A stretch of 64,000 nt of DNA from Candidatus Poribacteria bacterium (lineage in GTDB: Bacteria; Poribacteria; WGA-4E; WGA-3G): NCBI GenBank assembly GCA_963663765.2, contig CAXXUA010000015.1, forward strand, positions 416,001 to 480,000, given 5' to 3'. A program made the translations under genes and the position numbers. Under the pieces are notes generated by a model. It made no database searches, was not told the DNA's origin, and was given only the letters and a program-made list of their open reading frames with translations. This document shows positions 30,801 through 39,417 of this stretch, in pieces (the first letter of the stretch is position 1; every line of letters begins with the position of its first letter).

Positions 30801-33800
30801 GCAATCAATGTTTACGAACAGATTGAGAAAGAGATGCCTGAAGACTTTGAATCACGCGCGCAACTTGCATCACTATATACCCGAAATAACCAACACGATA
30901 AGGCAACTGAAATGTGGAATGGGTTGATTGAATCCGACCCAGAAAACACAAAATATCAAGATGGATTGGTTAACAGCCTTCAAGATGCGGGTAAAAAGGA
31001 AGAAGCACTTCAACTTACGCTGAAATACATTGAAGCCGATCCGGAAAGCAGTGTTCATCACATCCGACTCGCAAAATACTACGCAAATAACGATATGATA
31101 GATGATGCTATCGATACTTTTGAAAAAGCCACTGAACTTGCACCCGGAGATAAACAGACTTACCTACAGATGGCACAACTCTATTTTCTCAAAGATGATA
31201 TGGATAGCGTTGAAAAGGCATATAAAAGCGCAATTCAATTCACACCTTCAGAATATGAACGTAAAAATACCGAACTGAAAATCATTAACCTATATCGTCT
31301 ACAAGGAAATTTAGAAGACAAACTGAAACAGGCTGAAGAAGAAGGCACAATCACTTATGAGATGCAAATGACATGGGCTGATAACTTATTTGATAAAGGT
31401 GAACTACAGAAATCTATTGACGCATATAAGAAAGCAGAAAATATGACAATAAGCACTTATGAGCAAAATAGAATCTCTAATAATCTGCTCAAAATTCAAG
31501 TAAAACTCGGTGATACCGATAAAGTGTTGGAAACCTACGAAAATAATGCGAGTACAAGTACATCCGTTAGATCAATCATGTACCGTTCAGTAGGATTTAC
31601 GGTTGAATCCGATGCTGATGCTTCACGCAAGACGTTGATAAATGCTTTTAAGGATCAAAACAAACTTGACGAACTGAAAACACGTTATGAGAGTAAACTT
31701 GAGAAAAAACCTGAAGATGTTTTAGCACTTTCTGTACTTGCAAACATCTATTGGGATGAGAAAGACTACAAGAATGCGGGTGAAACCTATCAAAAGTTGA
31801 GTAAAGCACAAACAGGTAATATCTTCAACTTTTACTATGCAGCAGTTGCCTTTGAAAAAAACAAACAGTCTGAGCTGTCTAAAGAGATACTCAAAAAGGC
31901 TAAAAGCGCACTCCAGACAAGCAGCAACAGTCATGATATGTATTATCTTGCTGCACTCGGCACGTTCTGTTATGAAAATAAGTTATACGAGCCAGCGATG
32001 AAACTGACGAAATTAGCAATTGAAGAGAGTAGCAGATACGGTGGCACTTACATGAAAGATAGACTATATCAGCTGCTTGCAAAAAACTATCACGCAATGA
32101 AACAATATGAAAAGGCTGTGGAAGCGTATCGTTCAGTGCCAAGCGGTAGCAGCATGAATGTGCAATCCGAAATTCGTAAAATCGCAAAAGAAGGTAAACT
32201 CTTTGAAAAATGGATTCCTGAACAACTGAAAAAGGTTGAGAAGAATCCCGAGGATACTAACCTACGTTTGACACTTGCACAAAATTATCAATCTGCTGAA
32301 AAACACAAAGAAGCAGTTGCACAGTATGAAATACTGACAACGCTCAAACCTGACAAAGCGGAATGGCATAAAAATTTGGGCGGTTTGTATGCGAATCTGT
32401 CAATAGAAAAACGGAATACAGGTCAAGTCATTGAAGGCACGGCTCTAACTCTGACAGGAGAAAAGAGTTTCGTCGCAATAGCCGATAGCGATGCTTTAAA
32501 CAACATCACAGAGCAAATGACGGTCTCTGCTTGGATCAAACCGACCGGATACCCAAATGAACACACACCTATTATCTATAAGAGTGATGAGAAAGTTCAG
32601 AACCCTAATATACGAAGTTTCGGTTTCAATATAGTAGAGGGTGGTAGAATTAGAATCTCATCAGCTCCAGCAGATAAACATTTTGTGTCCTTCAATTCAC
32701 CACCTGGTACCGTCAAACTCAACAAATGGTACCACATTGCAGTCGTCATTGATGTCAAAAAGAATTATTTGAAACTATTCGTTGATGGGATTGAAATTGG
32801 CAACACCGATTATAGAAGTGGGAAGAGTATACATAAGAGTAAGCTACCGTTCAGGATTGGATGGGTACATCGGGAAGATATGCCATCAAAAAAGACCTTC
32901 GTTGGGCAAATAGATGAGGTGCGTATCTGGAACATACCTCGCACGGTAGAACAGATTCGTGCTGATATGAACAAACAACTCAAAGGGAATGAACCCGGAT
33001 TGGTTGGTTATTGGAAATTTGATGAAGAGACAGAAGGTATTATTACCGATTCTTCACCTAACAATAATGATGGTAAGTTTATTGGCGATGCGAAACTTGA
33101 ACCGTACAAGCGTCCAGTATTTGAGACAACCAAGAATGAGAACTTAGCAAAGGCAACCGCTGCTTATGATAAAGCACTAAAACTCAAACCTACTTTATAC
33201 AACTATTATGACTTGTTAGCAAAGTCCTATCTAAAAGTTGATAAAAAATCCGATGCTGAAAAGGTATATCGTCAGGCATTGGATGCGCCACTTTCACAAA
33301 ACAACCACGATTCAGCAGTTCGAGCAATTGCCGGACTTTACGGTGAGGATAATCAAGCAGAACAACTTATTACTATCCTTGAAGAGTTCAGACCGAAAAT
33401 GGAAAGTCGCGCCTTTATGCATCAACTTATGGCTGAGACATACAAAAAGTTAGAGAACTCGGAAAAATCAGGTCTCGCTTATGATCGATGGATTCAAATT
33501 CGGGAGAAGGAATTGAACCGTTCAACGAGTTATTATAGCCTCCATAATTTCGCTAAGGAACTCCTTGATAAAGGTCTCTATCCGGAAGTCGCATTAAAAT
33601 TCGCAAAACGCGCACTACAAAGTTATACCTACGTTAGTTCTACATATCCTTCAACAGTTGGACGGGCATGTATTGCTAACGAATTATATGACGAAGCTGT
33701 AAAGTTTTACGAATACGCGTTTAGCACTGTATCTTCCATATCTGCAACGGACTTTGTTTGGAAAAGTGTTTTTGATGAAGTAAAGAAGCTTAAAGACAAA

Positions 33801-35075
33801 GAACAATACAAGCAGTTGCTTGATAATTTGATAGACTCAATTCCGAAGAAAAATTTTACTAAATGGGCAAACGGACACCGAATGGTTGCACAATTCTATA
33901 GTGATACAGGTATGCAGGAAACAGCAGAAAGTTATGTCATGAAGGGTGGTTTTATACCTGAAAACCGGTGGATTGTTCTCGCACCATTTATTAACATAGA
34001 TTCACACGGGCATGTAAAAGCGTATATCCCTGAAGACACAACACAGATTGATCCAACCACAGAATACTACGGTAGAGATGGACTCATCAGTTGGCAAAAA
34101 TCGGAATATCGGTCATTAGATGGACATTACAACATTACTGATCCGACAGATGCCAGTGCTGCCTATTTTTGGACAATCGTTGTTTCTCCTGAAGAACGTG
34201 ATGTTACAGTCCGATTTGACAGCGACGATCAGGGCACAGTCTGGTTAAACGGAATACAGGAGTATAAGCACGACAGAACCGGTGCCGAGCAAATTGACCG
34301 ATATTCTTTTCCCATCACATTAAAACAAGGGAAAAATACATTGCTCCTCAAGGTATGCAATTCAACACAGGGATGGGGTTTCTATTTTCGCATAACAGAC
34401 GATGATGGTATGCCGTTCGATGATCTGACATATAAATCCGCAGATGAGTTGCTGAGTGCTTCATCTCCAGAACCAAAATTCCATCTGAATGCTGTAATTG
34501 GTATGATCGAATACTACAGCAAAAATGATATGCAAGAAAAAGCAATGGAAGAAATGCTGAAGACAGGTCTAATTCATGAGAATCAATGGTTAGTTCTGGG
34601 ACCTTTTGACAACGATGGTGGAATAGGATATAACACCGCTTATGTTCCAGAAGATGCGATAGAGATTGATTTGACAGCCGAATATGATGGTGTTGATGGT
34701 AAGATTAGTTGGAAAAAACCTACAGATGATACTTTCAACGGCTATATTGATCTTGGTCGGAATGAAGATTGGCGTGTTGCTTACGCATGGGTGACTGTAA
34801 CTTCTCCTGATAAAAGAGCGGTGCAATTCCGCATCGGCAGCGACGATCAGAGTAAAATTTGGCTCAACGGCAAAGAGGTGTATGCATTTCCAGAATATCG
34901 TTGGGCAAAAGTTGATAACGATACAATTCCGGTTACGCTCAAGGCTGGGAAAAACTCTATACTTGTCAAAATCTGCAATGAAGAACTGAGTTGGGGCTTC
35001 TACTTTCGTATCACTAATACTGATGGAAAACCTATTCCAGATCTAAAAATTAACGTAACTCAAGATAATCAGTAA
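24891..35075 (+). CDS. Giant exported TPR protein with a LamG domain and two C-terminal beta-sandwich domains
   Basis: 3394-aa ORF; signal peptide; dozens of TPR repeats; LamG (TVSAWIKP, WYHIAV, FVGQIDEVRIWN); two WxVLxPF...SDD..xWLNG...LKxGKN domains; GGAGG RBS. Confidence 0.9.
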   Translation: MFGREKRIFVVSLFCLFVLTLYFTPITFAQDVTSDEQIIERYKLMLVQKPKEGSTFDRVYQFYLENAGLEALVSDYQAEVQAKPKDANLQLILGHIYKRLGEGTEALETYQRAVELAPDKYYPHVALGKMYATLRQHEAAIQELTKATSLSEQTQNVPPEELTAIYKALGNAYFSRDKVDQAIQAWKQISELDPDDIFARIELADLFREQQLFEQAIAQHEAIIQLKKGEPYRVCLSRREIGNIHEAKGDFEKAIQHYDEALTLTAPGNWLRKDLQHRIIGIFAADSNWEGLIEYYQEKLEATPNEPELIGLLAAAYIENQQLEEGMKTYRKGLELAPTNSALRLNLIASLRNAEKYEEAAAEYEVLSEQSPDDFGIYRELGELYLQIGNQTKAKAVYQKMIERDPKNPSTHLVLAEIYAGHEWIEDAVEQYEKAITLAPKNLDFIEYFGDFYFRQGDREKALETWKRMVAGELHTAQNYNQLAELFNAKKFKTEAVAATRKAVELMPDEYRYREALAKQLMENNEYADALKEFTKAMELAPNAFFAEKMDDKRIELFRRQGTLLEKIEELETKLEKTGLAESDVFTYHKQLAKMYLKLGNVTYALEVLLKAKEQRPDDIGVNRWLAEVYYRQGRRDDSNAVYMYLIELDSANAREYHANIAKSYLNVMDFEAAITAAKQVIAHSPRNPEGHQLLAQVAKQSGEYETAIDSLKQAVRLRPEAIDIRRELAAIYKLSGKLQQSLSQYWRCWELSDNINDKLTFVKPLSEVYYDLGRRGEFEERLKQMAKSSTVGISPVLALAELHRIEGDLPSARFQLAQALNKQRENSELLIHLVQISMELGDLQDALSYQQRLVKVDPDYAHQRRLGELLFDAGREQEAIQAWTKLLHAKNQTLEAEIKLAGLLLRHGLSEEAFIVLDRAAEKISGTDAHLPLYRLGVMLVSMNEPERAQTYFHRILEMSEPIGKTSNKKSAQPSIFYHSSVPGIERNKFKILRGSLGTIQSRPNFAGASMPWMPKDFEEAQSGALVQLTTIAQSQEKLPELIKHFEDKTEANPTDVKSIEILVKLYTLVQFDDKAKAAIGRLVEISPNDSAYQPLRLHRTMEENPDYETLKKSLKEMPGIDNISRLAYIAEYAQILYHKDKKEDAAKLLSEIEDVTVTDINTGFELIDAFRLIKKVDIAERLLTNLPVPPQKQQYQFMRKFESLTDDYIEKDKLEKATALFWTYCERTKPTKINPRRVAALAQASYSYGGYRPIQTSYPAPTAYFNSDRLGYLQSIFRDFWMRDQQQLLLTKFETEFETTEGRNKIFPALALSYCYWWDEKRDEAQQVLTVLQQEFPDDLTLKLNTALASIQTGKHKVATELLENLVATEPRNRKQYQDLLLQLAIHTGDTIAIRELMSKLLSSPTGATELYQYSQKLRDAGFTQYAIAAAKKAMALAMVQRNPNFLIQLGQHLGNLGRGQDASLLAERALRFASRPDRQGRMMYSWNFQQATNLANRSNSIKERENKFIADAEKNPDSFQAQLRLAMYYEGTNKISKAAEAFKAALKLQPKDDMVRLRYIQMMERNGKAVDVIPEYLTLLKNDSSALGYNYEKAVDAFVAAEKFDALISLMKDMIDPVGKYAGSELTAIVGRRCLKEEKVDDAIEIFKKIIKVHPSWYYIHQDLANAYIAAGDIEKAVQYLTDMHELEKTSLTQSQFVLKIAKYYEEADEREKAIQYIREQLGSEDSSNSDIAYVLKLAELYQKDEKLDSFIAEYDAKLADSPEDTQLLYLTATLKLKAEDTEGASTHVNQLIDTSLETIQTQWLYNLAQASEEARSYKLQFHILEAAAEKLERENSWKLEACYKKLGEAYAKRDELEKAQNAFRKMGALQTMQGNQRSVYEKRNLGATYMKHKMWDDAEALFTEIVNDLATSSYDRDYSQGRVMQIKQQRGEFNTSEQITENLQEMGVGMRRAMAKEFAQRNQIGKAINVYEQIEKEMPEDFESRAQLASLYTRNNQHDKATEMWNGLIESDPENTKYQDGLVNSLQDAGKKEEALQLTLKYIEADPESSVHHIRLAKYYANNDMIDDAIDTFEKATELAPGDKQTYLQMAQLYFLKDDMDSVEKAYKSAIQFTPSEYERKNTELKIINLYRLQGNLEDKLKQAEEEGTITYEMQMTWADNLFDKGELQKSIDAYKKAENMTISTYEQNRISNNLLKIQVKLGDTDKVLETYENNASTSTSVRSIMYRSVGFTVESDADASRKTLINAFKDQNKLDELKTRYESKLEKKPEDVLALSVLANIYWDEKDYKNAGETYQKLSKAQTGNIFNFYYAAVAFEKNKQSELSKEILKKAKSALQTSSNSHDMYYLAALGTFCYENKLYEPAMKLTKLAIEESSRYGGTYMKDRLYQLLAKNYHAMKQYEKAVEAYRSVPSGSSMNVQSEIRKIAKEGKLFEKWIPEQLKKVEKNPEDTNLRLTLAQNYQSAEKHKEAVAQYEILTTLKPDKAEWHKNLGGLYANLSIEKRNTGQVIEGTALTLTGEKSFVAIADSDALNNITEQMTVSAWIKPTGYPNEHTPIIYKSDEKVQNPNIRSFGFNIVEGGRIRISSAPADKHFVSFNSPPGTVKLNKWYHIAVVIDVKKNYLKLFVDGIEIGNTDYRSGKSIHKSKLPFRIGWVHREDMPSKKTFVGQIDEVRIWNIPRTVEQIRADMNKQLKGNEPGLVGYWKFDEETEGIITDSSPNNNDGKFIGDAKLEPYKRPVFETTKNENLAKATAAYDKALKLKPTLYNYYDLLAKSYLKVDKKSDAEKVYRQALDAPLSQNNHDSAVRAIAGLYGEDNQAEQLITILEEFRPKMESRAFMHQLMAETYKKLENSEKSGLAYDRWIQIREKELNRSTSYYSLHNFAKELLDKGLYPEVALKFAKRALQSYTYVSSTYPSTVGRACIANELYDEAVKFYEYAFSTVSSISATDFVWKSVFDEVKKLKDKEQYKQLLDNLIDSIPKKNFTKWANGHRMVAQFYSDTGMQETAESYVMKGGFIPENRWIVLAPFINIDSHGHVKAYIPEDTTQIDPTTEYYGRDGLISWQKSEYRSLDGHYNITDPTDASAAYFWTIVVSPEERDVTVRFDSDDQGTVWLNGIQEYKHDRTGAEQIDRYSFPITLKQGKNTLLLKVCNSTQGWGFYFRITDDDGMPFDDLTYKSADELLSASSPEPKFHLNAVIGMIEYYSKNDMQEKAMEEMLKTGLIHENQWLVLGPFDNDGGIGYNTAYVPEDAIEIDLTAEYDGVDGKISWKKPTDDTFNGYIDLGRNEDWRVAYAWVTVTSPDKRAVQFRIGSDDQSKIWLNGKEVYAFPEYRWAKVDNDTIPVTLKAGKNSILVKICNEELSWGFYFRITNTDGKPIPDLKINVTQDNQ

Positions 35076-35573
35076 GCGGTGTCCTGTTTGAAGGGACTCA
35101 ACGCTGAACACGCGTGTTTGACGAGATTTTTATGTTTATGTACCCTTTTATCCAAAAAACTTTGCCTTCTGACATACTCGCACTACAAGAAGTAAAATAA
35201 TAAGAGAAGCAAACGTCTATCCTAATCCACACCGATAGCGTTATAAAATTGCCTATATCCAACTCAATATTTTCGTCTTTGGTCATGTCTTTTTCAATTA
35301 TCGTCCCATCATCAACCAATAAATGCATAAACACCGCAACCTGTTTATGCCTCAGCATTGTTGATACGGCGCACCCTAAAGACCATTTCACTCCCATCAG
35401 GAAAGTCAATTACAACCGAGTCAATCTGCTGATACTCTTAAAATAGCTACTCTGTAGTAAGTGGAATCGCCTCAAGGCTTTCAAGTTCTTCTTCAGAAAC
35501 AATACGTACCTGTTGTTTCCTCTTTTCTTCACGCAAAATTTATCAAAACGCATAAAAGGTCCAAAACCGAAAC

Positions 35574-35892
35574 GGGTGTGTAAAGTTTTGGTTACTGTGC
35601 GTAGGGGCGGGGGTCTCCCCGCCCGATCAGAGGTCTTACGTAAGAGAGGAAACCTCGTCCCTACGATGTCCACAGCTCCCTAACGTCAAGCAAGCTTTCA
35701 TAGAAACTATAGATACTTCTTTTATAGTAAAATATACAATTAAGTTTACACTTGGTCTGTAGGAGCGATCTCCGAATCGCGACTGAACGCCTTGATAATC
35801 GGGAATCGGAGTTCCCTCCTACACCTGAAAGTGTAAAAATAATTCTAAAATCCACTATAATATCAGGGTTTCTATAAAAACTTTACACACCT
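35574..35892. mobile_element. MITE with GGTGTGTAAAGTTTT TIRs, carrying a nested second MITE
   Basis: 15-bp perfect IR (35575-35589 and 35877-35891); flanks aaaccgaaac/aaactgaaac (9/10 match, probable TSD). Confidence 0.65.
35721..35860. mobile_element. MITE-like element, inverted copy of 354-492
   Basis: Near-identical reverse-complement core with TTATAGT/ACTATAA ends. Confidence 0.7.
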
Positions 35893-35918
35893 AAACTGAA
35901 ACTTTACGAAACAATGAC

Positions 35919-35947
35919 TTGACAAACCTGTTATTTTGTGATATGTT
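35919..35947 (+). promoter_or_regulatory. Sigma70-type promoter
   Basis: TTGACA-17bp-TATGTT with an extended TG, upstream of the LamG gene. Confidence 0.5.
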
Positions 35948-36083
35948 GTAAACAGTGTTTTAGTATCTGGATAATGCCTAATCTATAGTCATTATTATCT
36001 GATAACTAAACCATATTTTTAATTCTAAGCGTTCAATATACAGGTGTAACAAACCTTTTGAATGCGAAAACTAATGGAGAATA

Positions 36084-36857
36084 TTGATGATTTTGAAAGC
36101 TAATAGATTGACTTGTATCCTCAGCCTATTATTGTTCGTAACGTTGAATGTTAATATGGTTGATGCGGAAGACTTTGTAACAGATGGACTTGTAGCGATG
36201 TATACGTTGAATCAATCCGATCTAAAGGGTGATGTTGTTATGGATGTGTCTGGAAACGACAATCATGCTAAACTAATTGGCAGCATTGAATTTGCTGAAG
36301 GACAGATCGATGATGCTATGAAATTCGTTGGATCAGCAAACAACTATGTTGAGATACCTGCTTTAGGAGGATTTGAATTTGCCTCAGTTGAATGTTACGC
36401 ACTTGAAGCAGCATTTCAGGGAATCCAAGGTATTGTATCTACATGGGAGTGGGCAGCAGGTAAGGTTCATTTCAAGTTTAAATCTAACCAGATTCAAGCA
36501 CAAAAAAATGATGGAGTCAAACTATATTATAGTAATACTGTAGTGAACACTTGGTATCACATCGTATATACGACAGATACGGCAGCAAATGAATATAAAC
36601 TCTATATTGATGGTGAGATGATAGGAGAAGGTACCGCAGGTGCAACACCTGAAAATATGAACGAACGAAGGATCGGCAGCGAACATGATGGTAGATGGCT
36701 GAACGGAATGATGGATAACGTCCGTATTTATGACCGTGTGCTAAGTGCTGATGAGGTGATGCAGAACTTTGAAGCAAAAATAGACACTTTTCCTGTTGAA
36801 CCTACTGACAAACTTTCTACTATTTGGGGGATACTCAAGCATAAGAGAAGTTATTAG
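36084..36857 (+). CDS. Secreted LamG-like jellyroll protein with Poribacteria-type C-terminal motif
   Basis: Signal peptide; DGLVAMY, DVSGNDNH, WYHIV, GMMDNVRIYDRVLS; C-terminal VEPTDKLSTIWGILK. Confidence 0.9.
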   Translation: MMILKANRLTCILSLLLFVTLNVNMVDAEDFVTDGLVAMYTLNQSDLKGDVVMDVSGNDNHAKLIGSIEFAEGQIDDAMKFVGSANNYVEIPALGGFEFASVECYALEAAFQGIQGIVSTWEWAAGKVHFKFKSNQIQAQKNDGVKLYYSNTVVNTWYHIVYTTDTAANEYKLYIDGEMIGEGTAGATPENMNERRIGSEHDGRWLNGMMDNVRIYDRVLSADEVMQNFEAKIDTFPVEPTDKLSTIWGILKHKRSY

Positions 36858-36862
36858 TTCAG

Positions 36863-37777
36863 ATGAAAAAGATAAATAAGGCGATTATTCCTATCGCTGG
36901 ATACGGAACACGCCTCTTCCCAGCTACGAAAGCCGTGCCAAAAGCACTGTTTCCAATAATTGACAAAGACGGAATCGCTAAACCGATTATTCAGTTGATA
37001 ATTGAGGAAGCACTAACTGCTGGTGTGGAAGAGGTGTGTCTCGTTGCGCAACCCCATCAGGTTGAACCGATTACCGATTATTTTTCTGGAGACGTTCCAG
37101 ATACTATCCGTGAAAAGCCTGAATTAGCTGAACAAGTTATCATTTTGACTGAAATAGGTGAACGGTTGCAATTTGCTATTCAAACAAAACCGCAGGGATT
37201 CGGCCATGCAATCTATTGTGCTAAAGACTTTGCTGGCAGTGAACCTGTCATGATTCTACTTGGCGACCATCTCTATATCTCTGAAACAGAATCTTCTTGT
37301 GCTAAACAGTTAGTAGATGTCTATGCACAGGTTGGAAAGTCCGTGACTAGTCTTGACATCTGTGATGAAAGTGAACTATCGCTGAATGGTATTGTGCATG
37401 GAGATGCAACTGTGGATAATCCAAGTCTTTTCAAGTTAGCACGTATCTCTGAAAAGCCGTCGGTAGACTTTGCACGAGAACACATGCGAGTTGAAGGAAT
37501 ATGGGACGCAGGGAAAACACATAAATACCTATGTCATTTCGGTATTGACCTTCTCACGCCGCTTCTGTTTGACATATTGGATTACAACTACCGTAACAAT
37601 ATTCTGACACACGGTGAGATTCAGTTGCGGGATGCAATGGCTGAAATGGTTCGACAAGAAGGTATGTACGGTTTCCGTGTTGCTGGTAATCGCTATGACA
37701 CAGGCAATCCACGAGAATTACTCACAACTGCTCATGCTTTTGGTCTTGAAGGTCCTTTCAGCGATACCTTAATCTAA
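36863..37777 (+). CDS. UTP--glucose-1-phosphate uridylyltransferase-like nucleotidyltransferase
   Basis: KAIIPIAGYGTRLFPATKAVPK, QGFGHA, EKP, GEIQL.DA, RYDTG. Confidence 0.88.
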   Translation: MKKINKAIIPIAGYGTRLFPATKAVPKALFPIIDKDGIAKPIIQLIIEEALTAGVEEVCLVAQPHQVEPITDYFSGDVPDTIREKPELAEQVIILTEIGERLQFAIQTKPQGFGHAIYCAKDFAGSEPVMILLGDHLYISETESSCAKQLVDVYAQVGKSVTSLDICDESELSLNGIVHGDATVDNPSLFKLARISEKPSVDFAREHMRVEGIWDAGKTHKYLCHFGIDLLTPLLFDILDYNYRNNILTHGEIQLRDAMAEMVRQEGMYGFRVAGNRYDTGNPRELLTTAHAFGLEGPFSDTLI

Positions 37778-38479
37778 CGTTCCTCCAATCTCCAATTCAA
37801 TTATCTCTACATCCTGATTAGCAGTTAATTGACGGTATTCTTCAATCGTTCCGGTTAAAAGCGGGAAAGTGCCGTAATGCATTGGTAAAACTGCGGGGAC
37901 ATTAAGTAGTTTTGTCGCATAAGCAGCTTCACGCGGTCCCATTGTAAAATGGTCTCCTATAGGTAGGATTGCTAAATCAGGTTGATAGATTTCCCCGATG
38001 ATTTTCATATCACCAAATACACAGGTGTCCCCAGCATAGTATATTTTATAACCATTTGCGAATTCAATCACAAACCCAGAAGATTCTCCTAAATAAACTA
38101 TCGTTCCATCTTCTTCAACGCAGCTACTACTATGGTTGGCTGTAACCATAGTAGCTTTTACGCCATCTACAGAAACAGTACCACCTTTGTTCATCCCGAT
38201 AGTATTTTCTACACCTTTGCTTTCAAGATATTTTGCTACTTCAATCATAGCTACGACTGTTGGTGTGTGCTTTTTTGCGATTGGTGCAGCATCTTCCATG
38301 TGATCCCAATGTCCGTGTGTTATGAACATAACATCAAGTCTCTCAAAAGTCTTGAGTTCATCAGGACAGACAGGATTGCTATCAACCCAAGGATCTATTA
38401 TGTAGGTTTTACATTCATTTTCAATTTTATATGTTGCATGACCTAACCATGTTAATCTTATTCCGTTGTTTAGTTTCAT
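37769..38479 (-). CDS. UPF0173 metallo-beta-lactamase-fold hydrolase
   Basis: TWLGHA, THGHWDH, YAGDT, LPIGDHFTM, PMHYGTF. Confidence 0.92.
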   Translation of the reverse strand: MKLNNGIRLTWLGHATYKIENECKTYIIDPWVDSNPVCPDELKTFERLDVMFITHGHWDHMEDAAPIAKKHTPTVVAMIEVAKYLESKGVENTIGMNKGGTVSVDGVKATMVTANHSSSCVEEDGTIVYLGESSGFVIEFANGYKIYYAGDTCVFGDMKIIGEIYQPDLAILPIGDHFTMGPREAAYATKLLNVPAVLPMHYGTFPLLTGTIEEYRQLTANQDVEIIELEIGGTLD

Positions 38480-38578
38480 TAGTTTCCTCTTTTTGCGTTT
38501 CGTTATGCCCGGAAGGTCTCTCCTATCTGTGCGAAGTGTTTGATTATTTCTTTATTCACTAAAGCATGGTGATCTGTA

Positions 38579-39385
38579 TTAACCAACTTCCTGACCGTCC
38601 AATTTTCCAACTTGCAGGTCAATTTCCTCGCGTGACTCAATTTTTTCTACCTTGCCATCTGACATGTGAAAAATCCTGTCGGAAACATCCAGCATTTTGT
38701 GGTCGTGTGTTGCAGTGATGATAGTCACCCCGTTTTCGTCATTCAGATTACGGAGGAGATCGATGATTTCAAGTCCAGTTTTTGTATCCAAATTTCCCGT
38801 AGGTTCATCGGCAAGGACAATTGCGGGGTCATTTGCAAGGGAGCGTGCAATTGCGACACGTTGCTGTTGACCACCCGAAAGTTCAAGCGGTTTGTGTTGA
38901 ATGCGGTCACCTAAACCTACCAGAGATAGCAGATCAACCCCTTTATCTCTGCTTTCATCGGCACTCATGCCAGCAAAAATCATGGGTAACGAGACATTTT
39001 CAAGTGCAGTCATGACAGGGATAAGGTTGAAGGATTGGAAAATATAACCGATCTTCCGGCAACGCAGCCATGCTAACTCATACGCGTCCAATTGTGCTAT
39101 ATCTACTTCATCAATATAGACTCTTCCCTCGGTAGGTTTGTCTAAACCGCCGATCATATTAAAGAGCGTAGATTTTCCTGAACCTGATGGTCCCATGATA
39201 GAGATGTATTCTCCGCGTTGAATGTGGAAGTTGACTCCCCGCAATGCGTCCACAGTTGTTGTTCCCATTTCGTAGCGTTTGATTAGGTTTCTCACGCGGA
39301 CGGTGTTTTCTTTGGGTATCATACGTTCAAGTCGTTTTGGTGTTTCGGTGAGATTTGGTTGCATTCCACCCATTTCTGCTTGCAT
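38579..39385 (-). CDS. ABC ATP-binding protein, LolD/MacB type
   Basis: GPSGSGKST, IGYIFQSFNL, LSGGQQQRV, LADEPTGNLD, H-loop ATHD; GGAG RBS. Confidence 0.95.
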   Translation of the reverse strand: MQAEMGGMQPNLTETPKRLERMIPKENTVRVRNLIKRYEMGTTTVDALRGVNFHIQRGEYISIMGPSGSGKSTLFNMIGGLDKPTEGRVYIDEVDIAQLDAYELAWLRCRKIGYIFQSFNLIPVMTALENVSLPMIFAGMSADESRDKGVDLLSLVGLGDRIQHKPLELSGGQQQRVAIARSLANDPAIVLADEPTGNLDTKTGLEIIDLLRNLNDENGVTIITATHDHKMLDVSDRIFHMSDGKVEKIESREEIDLQVGKLDGQEVG

Positions 39386-39417
39386 AACTTGTGTCTCCTC
39401 TACGGTAATACTTCCAC

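Noticed and set aside
26040-34826. Numerous short antisense or alternative-frame ORFs inside long genes
   Set aside because: Shadow ORFs overlapping well-supported CDSs.
35098-35673. Minus-strand ORFs downstream of the TPR gene
   Set aside because: No recognisable motifs or RBS; partly repeat-derived; at most a gene remnant.
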